Below, in pieces: positions 7,773-13,722 of a stretch of 13,722 bases of DNA. Source of the DNA: Candidatus Wukongarchaeum yapensis (lineage in GTDB: Archaea; Asgardarchaeota; Wukongarchaeia; Wukongarchaeales; Wukongarchaeaceae); NCBI GenBank assembly GCA_016840425.1, contig JAEOSI010000035.1, positions 1 to 13,722 of the forward strand. Direction: 5' to 3'. The notes below the pieces were generated by a model. It was not told the origin of the DNA, made no database searches, and saw only the letters and a list, made by a program, of their open reading frames with translations. The translations under genes were made by a program, and so were the position numbers. The number at the start of each line of letters is the position of its first letter. Position 1 is the stretch's first letter.

Positions 7773-8804
7773 ATGAGTTTTAAAAGTCCGACTTCAGACG
7801 ATGTTTTCAATCGATGGTTAGAAAAGGCTAAGGGTGGCTCTATTAAGAAACTTTATGACATGGATAAGGAAAAGGTTAGCGCTGCTGAATCCGTGAAAAA
7901 TGTCAATAAATCCGTTATTTTTGTTGCCGAAGTAGAAACTACTGCCAAAAAAATCGATGAAAAACCCATTAAACATCCTTTAACTTTTAAAAAAACTTCA
8001 GACATCGTGTTTTACAAGCCAGAATCCGCACAAGTATATGCAAATAAAAAGAGCGGAAAAGTAGAAGTACCGCTATTTGACACATTAAAAGAAGTAAAGT
8101 GTAAAAAATGCGGTGGAACGGGGAAAATAGTTTGTAAAGTTTGTAATGGTAAAGGACACCAAACATGTAAAACTTGCAAAGGTTCTGGACGTCTAAAGTG
8201 TGAGAAATGTAACGGTAGCGGTGCCCTTATCCATGAAGTAGCCGTTGTGGATAAAGAAGGGAAAAAAAGAAAAGAGCAGTTGAAACAAAACTGCCCCGAA
8301 TGTTTTGGCGAGCAGAAAACCATTTGCCCCACTTGCGGAGGATTGGGAGAACACCGTTGCGATGAATGTAAAGGGGTTGGAGCTCATCACTGTGATGAGT
8401 GTCGAGGCGCTGGAACACTTTTAGAATTTAAACAAGCGATTTTTCAATCACCAAAAGAAAAAGAAGAATACGCTGTACACGCTGAAAAACGCTATGAGTT
8501 CTTGAAAAAAGACATTCCAGAAGTTATGCCACTCGTGGCAGGAATAAAAATCAAATCTTCCGCAGAACTAACAAAAGACAAAATCGAACCAATACTAGGC
8601 TACTACAACGAAATTGTAGACAAACTCTTAAAAGACAGTAAAAACGAGTTCACAAAACTTGAAAAAGAAGACTTAGTGAAAAGCCCTATCCAAATGCTCC
8701 CACTTCTTCACTTACAATGCGAAGGAAAAAAAGACAAAAAATTCGACATCTTCTCAATAGGCACAGAAGACGGCTTCAGAGTCCTCGACAAAGGAGTACC
8801 CTAA
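7773..8804 (+). CDS. DnaJ-type zinc-finger protein with 8 CXXCXGXG-like motifs and no J domain (SSUH2-like)
   Basis: CKKCGGTG, CKVCNGKG, CKTCKGSG, CEKCNGSG, a spacer, then CPECFGEQ, CPTCGGLG, CDECKGVG, CDECRGAG, 11 aa apart within each group. No HPD motif. GGAGGAG RBS upstream. The SSUH2 label is from recalled similarity only. Confidence 0.75.
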   Translation: MSFKSPTSDDVFNRWLEKAKGGSIKKLYDMDKEKVSAAESVKNVNKSVIFVAEVETTAKKIDEKPIKHPLTFKKTSDIVFYKPESAQVYANKKSGKVEVPLFDTLKEVKCKKCGGTGKIVCKVCNGKGHQTCKTCKGSGRLKCEKCNGSGALIHEVAVVDKEGKKRKEQLKQNCPECFGEQKTICPTCGGLGEHRCDECKGVGAHHCDECRGAGTLLEFKQAIFQSPKEKEEYAVHAEKRYEFLKKDIPEVMPLVAGIKIKSSAELTKDKIEPILGYYNEIVDKLLKDSKNEFTKLEKEDLVKSPIQMLPLLHLQCEGKKDKKFDIFSIGTEDGFRVLDKGVP

Positions 8805-8854
8805 AAATGCTTAAATAACTCATACCTTTTCCTTTTTTTAAAAATATAAAAATA

Positions 8855-8920
8855 AGATAAAACTATTGTAAACACCCTTTAATTTCCAAGTTTGTTATAC
8901 TTTTTTCCGCTCTATTTTAT
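8855..8920. repeat. Dispersed intergenic repeat, copy A
   Basis: 54 of 67 aligned columns identical to 13414-13480, including a 16-bp exact core TTTAATTTCCAAGTTT. Confidence 0.75.
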
Positions 8921-9035
8921 CCTTGTCTGAGTAAAAAGTCTGAGAAAGTACGATCTCTAAAACTTTTAAAGGGATAATATCGTTTCTTTTTTAGTTTTGT
9001 TTTTCGTATTTTTATCTTCGCAAGACGCAAGAAGA

Positions 9036-9055
9036 CTCCATGCTAGAGCATGGAG
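9036..9055 (+). other. IS left-end subterminal hairpin CTCCATGC-TAGA-GCATGGAG
   Basis: Perfect 8-bp inverted repeat 20 nt inside the inferred cleavage site, as expected for a TnpA (Y1) recognition hairpin. Confidence 0.85.
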
Positions 9056-9114
9056 ATGAATTGCGGCGTGCTTAAATTAGAATTTGAACTATTAAAACTT
9101 GAGGTCTGTGGCCT

Positions 9115-10226
9115 TTGAAGGTTAAGAAGACAATCAAAGCAAAAATCGTGTATCTGACTAAAGTTAAACAACAGCTTCTTGAAGAAGAATACGATAATCT
9201 CCAACGCTTCCTAAAAGGCGAACCAGTGAAACTATACTCAGCTAACAAACAGCAAGCCAAACGATTCTACAAAATGATTAAACCTAACAAAGAGTATCCA
9301 ATATCCGTCAGGAAAGACCTCTTAAAAGTGGAACAAAGGGGCACTAAAATAGGTAAATATTGGGCAAGGATTCCTGTCGCAGGAAGAAGGGGGGAGTATG
9401 GGTTGCCATAAAACCTCACTGCCCGATAGAACCAGGAATGGAAATCTGCGAATCCAAACTATTCAAGAGGAAAGGAGAGCTTTCCCTCAATATAACCGTT
9501 CAGAAAGAGGTAGACACTCCTAAACTAGAACTAAATAACAAAACAGTCATAATAGCTTGTGATATCGGAGAAACAAACCCGTTAGTTTCTGTAGAGTTAT
9601 GGAATCAAGGGAAAAAGCGGGAAAACGCCCAGTTTCTAGGAGGGGAGATAAGGAGTGTCAGAGCGCATTATAACCACTTAAAGAAGCGAGTAGGTAGAAA
9701 GAAGATAAAACACGCAGTTAAGTGGATTAAAAAACACGTAGGAGACAAGGAGAAGAGAAAAGTAAACGACATCCTACACAAAGTAACAACAAAGATAGTA
9801 GATCGAGCTGAAACGCTCAAGAGGTCAGGATACGAAGCTGTCATAGTTTTCGGAGACCTTAAAAAAGTAAGACGTCCAAGGGTTAAAAGAAAAACAAGAT
9901 GCAAGAAAAACAACAGAAAAATACACACAATGCCCTCCTATAAAATAAAACACATGCTAACCTATAAAGCCCTATGGAAAGAAATCCCAGCAATCCCGTT
10001 AAACGAAGCCTATACATCCAAACTGTGTTGGAGATGCGGAAGCTTAAACACCGAGATCAGGAAAAGATCTTTCAGATGCAAAGAGTGCGGGTTAGAATAT
10101 AACCGAGACTTAAACGGAGCTATCAACATTGGGAACAGGCTTTTAGGCTACATGCTTAAGAGCAGGGCGTCCGTGAACATGCCCCAAACCTCCCCAGAGT
10201 ACATCGCTCCGAAAGGAGACTGTTAG
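9115..10226 (+). pseudogene. tnpB: TnpB RNA-guided nuclease, split by a 1-bp frameshift in a G6 run (9389-9394); 370 aa if repaired
   Basis: RuvC-I IACDIG (D 9561-9563), RuvC-II region IVFGDL, NEAYTS, zinc finger CWRC...CKEC, RuvC-III NRDLNGAINI (D 10107-10109). Adding one G gives ...GRRGGVWVAIKP. TTG start with GAGGT at 9101-9105. Confidence 0.93.
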
Positions 10227-10294
10227 CGTTTCAGAGAGCGAGGGAGGAAGCTCCCTGTGAAAGCTGGGAGTAGTTCACTTCCATTTTTCCTCTT
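10130..10294 (+). ncRNA. Predicted TnpB omega/reRNA: scaffold ending at TCAC 10278 plus ~16-nt guide TTCCATTTTTCCTCTT (5' end approximate)
   Basis: Known architecture: the scaffold overlaps the tnpB 3' end and right end, and the guide comes from the 3' flank. Hairpins seen: CTCC-GAAA-GGAG (10207-10218) and the right-end stem (10251-10270). Confidence 0.6.
10247..10278 (+). other. IS right end: guide GAAG, imperfect hairpin CTCCC...GAAA...GGGAG, cleavage motif TCAC
   Basis: GAAG/TCAC fit the IS608-type guide-to-cleavage-site pairing (guide positions 1, 2, 4 with site positions 2, 1, 4). Confidence 0.85.
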
Positions 10295-10709
10295 TCTTCG
10301 CATATTTTCGGGCAAATATTGCAAGTATTATGGCTAACCATTGGAGTGGTAGAAATAATTCGATGAAGCGTTCTGTACCATCTACAATTCCGTCTTTCAT
10401 ACCGAGTGTGACGAAAGCTAGTATGACTGAGATTAGACCGAATCCTGCTCCTATTGCTATTAAAAATTTTCCAAGAGAGAGGCGTTCCTTGCCTATTAAT
10501 ATACCGCCTAAAATAATCGTTATACCGCCAAGAGAAGCCAAAAATAAAATCACTAGAAGAAAACCTTTAAACACATCTTCATAGTCGGGATATTCATCTG
10601 ATAACCATTCTGTTACTTCTTCCCACATTTCAGTAGAAGCATACAAAGTAGTTAATAAGAATAATATTCCTGAAAGAAAAGCAAGAGAAACAGCTTTTTG
10701 ATACTTCAT
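10275..10709 (-). CDS. Hypothetical membrane protein (about 4 TM, Gly-rich helices); its stop codon is supplied by the IS right end
   Basis: Hydrophobic segments such as LASLGGITIILGGILIG and LGKFLIAIGAGFGLISVIL. The TGA stop is the reverse complement of 10275-10277. Confidence 0.85.
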   Translation of the reverse strand: MKYQKAVSLAFLSGILFLLTTLYASTEMWEEVTEWLSDEYPDYEDVFKGFLLVILFLASLGGITIILGGILIGKERLSLGKFLIAIGAGFGLISVILAFVTLGMKDGIVDGTERFIELFLPLQWLAIILAIFARKYAKKEEKWK

Positions 10710-10741
10710 GGTTCATCGGCACTATTTTTTGGAAAAATCGG

Positions 10742-10754
10742 TTTTAAATCTTTC
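10742..10754 (-). promoter_or_regulatory. Putative BRE-TATA (GAAAGA-TTTAAAA) for the membrane protein gene
   Basis: Purine-rich BRE directly followed by a TATA-like box, 33-39 nt upstream of ATG 10709. Confidence 0.45.
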
Positions 10755-10999
10755 TAAGAAAAAATTAGCGAAAATATTAAACCCATTGTAAAACTATTCA
10801 TTAAAGGTTTCACCATGTATCCTCTCAAAGATTCGAGTTGCTCATAGAAAAAACTTCTATCTTAAGCCCTTTCTTTACCACCAATATGATCATCCAAATC
10901 GTCAAATTGAAGGGATACTAAACCCGCCGAAAGAACACTATCACGTAAAGAAGCTTCCCTCCTCCTTTCAGACAAACAAAGCTAGTAGAATCGTTTTTA

Positions 11000-11013
11000 C
11001 AAAAGTTTATAAA
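11000..11013 (+). promoter_or_regulatory. Putative BRE-TATA (CAAAAG-TTTATAAA) for the NSS transporter gene
   Basis: Matches the archaeal consensus. GGAGGT RBS at 11054-11059 and ATG at 11065 follow at suitable spacing. Confidence 0.65.
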
Positions 11014-11064
11014 TTCAATATTAGAATGTGATATACTTTCTTTGAGCTAATTTGGAGGTTTTAA

Positions 11065-12509
11065 ATGGAAACATGGTCTTCAAGGCTTGGTTTTCTGCTG
11101 GCAGCCATAGGATCTGCTGTCGACTTAGGCAACATCTGGCGCTTTTCATCCGTAGTTGGACAGAATGGTGGAGGAGCCTATCTAATACCATACCTTCTCG
11201 CAGTCTTCTGCTTTGGCGTTCCTTTAATGATCCTTGAGCTGGCTGTGGGAAGGCATATAAAAGGAGATGTAGTCTCATCCTTTGGAAAGATAAGAACTTC
11301 ATTTCAAATCTTTGGCTGGTTGGTCTGCGCAATAGTTCTCTTAATCTTGAGCTACTACCTTGTAATAACAGGCTGGACCCTTGCCTATCTTATCTTTTAC
11401 CTCATGAATCTCGACGTTACTTTTCCAGAATTTACCTCTTCATATCAGCCGGTTCTATACTTTGTTTTCTCCCTGCTTGTGACAGGGCTGGTCGTCTCGT
11501 TAGGGGTAAGGAAAGGTATTGAGAAGATCGCGTCTATTATGATCCCATTTGCTTTAATCATCCTGATAGCCATGGCTGTATACTCTACCACCCTCTCAGG
11601 CTTCGGCGAAGGGCTGAGTTTTTTCCTAACCCCGATTTTTCAGTCCTTAGCGATCTCAAGATCTGGAGTGCAGCCTTCGGTCAAGCTTTCTTCTCTCTGT
11701 CAGTGGGCTTTGGGGTTCTTATCACCTACGGTGCCTACCTTGACAAAGATACCCGCATACCTCGCTCCTCGTTAATCATCGCCGTCTCAGATCTTATGAT
11801 TGCGATGTTAGCAGGTCTAGTAATTTTTTCCGTAGTCTTCACTTTTGGACTGGAGCCTACTGTAGGCTCAGAGCTTGCCTTCTCAACCTTGCCAAACGCA
11901 TTTGAAACCATGTCCTATGGTCGAATCCTTGCTATAGGCTTCTTTTTAGTTCTCTTTTTTGCAGCTTTGACCTCAGCCATATCGATGATGGAGGTAAATA
12001 CTGCAGCGGTTATGAAGGCTACAGGCATGTCTAGAAAAAGGACGAGTCTAATTCTGACAATATTCATCTTACTACTAGGATTACCATCTGCTTTAAGTTA
12101 CAGTTCACTTAGTCTTAAAATAGTTGGTGTGAGGATCCTTGATTTGATGGATGAAACCGTGGGAACGATGGGGCTCCCTATCACTGCACTTCTTACTTCT
12201 GTGATTTTCACATGGTTTCTAGAAAAGCGTGTACTAAGCTCTCAGATTGGTGATTCAAAGGGTTGGTCTTTGTTGGTCCTTCCGGCAACCAAATATGTGA
12301 TCCCTACTGTTCTGATAGTTATAACGGCTTCGAGGCTACTTTTTGGCTTGGATTTCGAGGGCTGGCACTTTATTCCAGGAATCGAGTTTATAGGTATCCT
12401 AGCTCAGGTGTTGGCGATCCTTTTGATACTGGCATTCCTTCTTTCAATGAATATAATCATAGAACGGTTTCTGAAGTATCGAAATCTACACCCACCCCGA
12501 AAACTTTAG
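11065..12509 (+). pseudogene. Neurotransmitter:sodium symporter (NSS/SLC6/SNF) family transporter, split by a 1-bp frameshift near the C4 run 11630-11633; 481 aa if repaired
   Basis: TM1 GSAVDLGNIWRF, QNGGGAYLIPY, TM3 SYY, TM8 FAALTSAISMME. Adding one C gives [40 protein letters not shown], the canonical TM6. Confidence 0.93.
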
Positions 12510-12711
12510 AGAACTTGATTCTATTTGGAATTCCGTATCTTGCATAAAATCTTATTCTTTCCATAACCTGATTATGACCTGTTTAAGGATTTTGGGTTTG
12601 GCTCAAATAAGTCGATAAGATTTTAGTACAAAATCATTATATAGCGTTTTTGTTTCGGTTTATAGTTTTAAGGATATCCTTTGAAAAAGCCATGAGCAAC
12701 TTGGATAATAT

Positions 12712-13161
12712 TTAGAATTGTTCTACTTTTTCTAATGTTAGTTCTTTCTTGCTATTTTCTTTAACAAGTTCCCTTATTCTTTTCGCGAGTTCCCTCTCAT
12801 ACTTCACAGCTGAGACTGTGCCTGCAGTGGCACCAGCTATTCCGCCTAGAGGACCGGCTATCAAAAGTCCTGCAACTCCCGGCATAGCTAGATTGCTGAA
12901 CCAAGCTCCAGTATGCACCTCTACTAAGAAATCTTCGGGTTCACCAGTTATGGTAATTGTCACTTCTCTAACAGCGCCTACAAAGGTTCTTGGAATACTC
13001 TGTCGCGTTGCTGTAACACTCCTAAAAGGCCTACTATTTATCTCTCCCTTTAACTCGTTAGTAATATTCAATTCTTTATTCTCCTGTAACTCCATCACTA
13101 ATCCTTTATAAAGCCCTTCAAGATCAGTTCCCAGATTCTTATAACGTCTAACAAGTGGCAT
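12712..13161 (-). CDS. Hypothetical protein with a glycine-zipper hydrophobic hairpin
   Basis: Soluble alpha/beta N-part, then AMPGVAGLLIAGPLGGIAGATAGTVSAV and a charged C-terminal helix. Likely start is ATG 13161. Confidence 0.8.
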   Translation of the reverse strand: MPLVRRYKNLGTDLEGLYKGLVMELQENKELNITNELKGEINSRPFRSVTATRQSIPRTFVGAVREVTITITGEPEDFLVEVHTGAWFSNLAMPGVAGLLIAGPLGGIAGATAGTVSAVKYERELAKRIRELVKENSKKELTLEKVEQF

Positions 13162-13413
13162 TATAAGCACCAGATTGATCTATTTTCACTTTATTTTTAA
13201 AGATTATGGTAAAATCAAAAAAAGCTTACAATCAGGCAGTCCATAACAAGAAAAATTATAAAAAGAAATATTCCAAAAGATTATTTCTACTTGAAGTAAT
13301 ATATCTTAATAAACTAATTATAGTTATTATATAATTTTTAAGAATTTACTTATTCTTTTTTAAGTTTACTTCAGGGAAACCTACAATATCTAATGTTAAT
13401 GAGGCTATCTGTT

Positions 13414-13480
13414 AGATAAAACAATTGTAATTCATGTTTAATTTCCAAGTTTCACATACTTTTTTGCGCTCTGTTTTTAT
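13414..13480. repeat. Dispersed intergenic repeat, copy B
   Basis: Same orientation as 8855-8920, 54 of 67 columns identical. Confidence 0.75.
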
Positions 13481-13517
13481 TTAAATTTCGTAGATTATGA
13501 AGGTGTTTAAGTCTTTT

Positions 13518-13722
13518 TTATAGCCATTTCTTTGTCTTGAAATAAAATGCCATTAAAGCAGTAATAGTAAGTACGATGATCCAAACCATAACATAACCCC
13601 AATGCCATCCGAGTTCTGGCATATATTCAAAATTCATGCCGTAAACACCCGCTATAAACGTCAAAGGAATAAATATCGTAGCAATAACCGTTAATACTTT
13701 CATAACTTCGTTCATTTTATTG
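13518..13722 (-). CDS. corA: CorA Mg2+/Co2+ transporter, C-terminal part (runs off the window end)
   Basis: MNEVMKVLTVIATIFIPLTFIAGVYGMNF..MPEL contains the GMN signature and MPEL loop. The frame stays open to the window edge. Confidence 0.97.
   Translation of the reverse strand, partial: NKMNEVMKVLTVIATIFIPLTFIAGVYGMNFEYMPELGWHWGYVMVWIIVLTITALMAFYFKTKKWL

Larger units (their letters stand above)
9016..10278 (+). mobile_element. Non-autonomous IS200/IS605-family element (tnpB only, IS1341-like), 1263 bp
   Basis: Left hairpin at 9036-9055 preceded by guide tetranucleotide AAGA, with TTAT at 9012-9015 just outside. Right hairpin at 10251-10270 preceded by GAAG, and terminal TCAC at 10275-10278. 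No tnpA and no target-site duplication. Joining the flanks restores the neighbouring gene's stop codon. Confidence 0.88.

Noticed and set aside
8012-8418. Three minus-strand ORFs, one Cys/Pro-rich
   Set aside because: Antisense shadows of the zinc-finger gene.
9016-9114. Possible tnpA or remnant between the left end and tnpB
   Set aside because: Only ~60 bp lie between the hairpin and the tnpB start; no HUH or serine-recombinase trace. ORFs 9072-9260 and 9668-9928 are antisense shadows.
10279-10294. A second target of the TnpB guide within the window
   Set aside because: No other TTAT-TTCCATTTTTCC match found by eye; only the reconstructed empty site fits.
10790-11000. Slightly GC-richer spacer with start-less or short open frames on both strands
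   Set aside because: No frame gives a recognisable protein or a clear RNA stem; it may be a decayed gene fragment but cannot be called.
11021-12547. ORFs 11021-11332 (-), 11052-11237 (+), 12263-12547 (+), and 11703-12509 as a separate gene
   Set aside because: The first three are shadows or alternative frames of the NSS gene. The last is the post-frameshift half of the same gene, with homology continuing upstream to ~11634.
12457-12650. Minus-strand TATA-like AAAACGCTATATAA (12637-12650) and a 35-aa ORF 12457-12564
   Set aside because: The TATA match is imperfect, the ORF is short and overlaps the NSS 3' end, and there is no motif support; expected by chance in AT-rich DNA.

Overview
AT-rich, probably archaeal chromosomal window (BRE-TATA promoters, GGAGG/GGTGAT ribosome-binding sites, archaeal-type gene families); the lineage cannot be fixed from this sequence. 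Gene order: 3' part of pheA; an unlisted 59-aa ORF; two broken ~421-bp direct copies of a gcvH-like gene flanking a type I phosphoribosyltransferase; two PBS-lyase/HEAT-repeat proteins; a small ORF with no canonical start for its 5' part; a small PD-(D/E)XK-like protein; an ArsB/NhaD-superfamily permease; a J-domain-less protein with 8 CXXCXGXG motifs that resembles eukaryotic SSUH2; a 1263-bp tnpB-only IS200/IS605 element; a 4-TM protein; a frameshifted NSS (SLC6) transporter; a glycine-zipper protein; the 3' end of corA. Best leads: (1) the IS sits exactly in the stop codon of the neighbouring gene and its right end rebuilds an identical protein C-terminus (AAA TAA becomes AAG TGA); (2) the NSS transporter has the TM1 aspartate typical of animal monoamine transporters; (3) the TnpB has a Fanzor-like rearranged RuvC-II and an inferable TTAT TAM; (4) the SSUH2-like zinc-finger protein; (5) the gcvH copies keep complementary intact halves and share one lesion beside the lipoyl lysine inside a 101-bp identical block. 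Caveat: most frameshifts are single-base losses in homopolymers, so some may be consensus errors. All alignments and translations were done by hand and no databases were searched.
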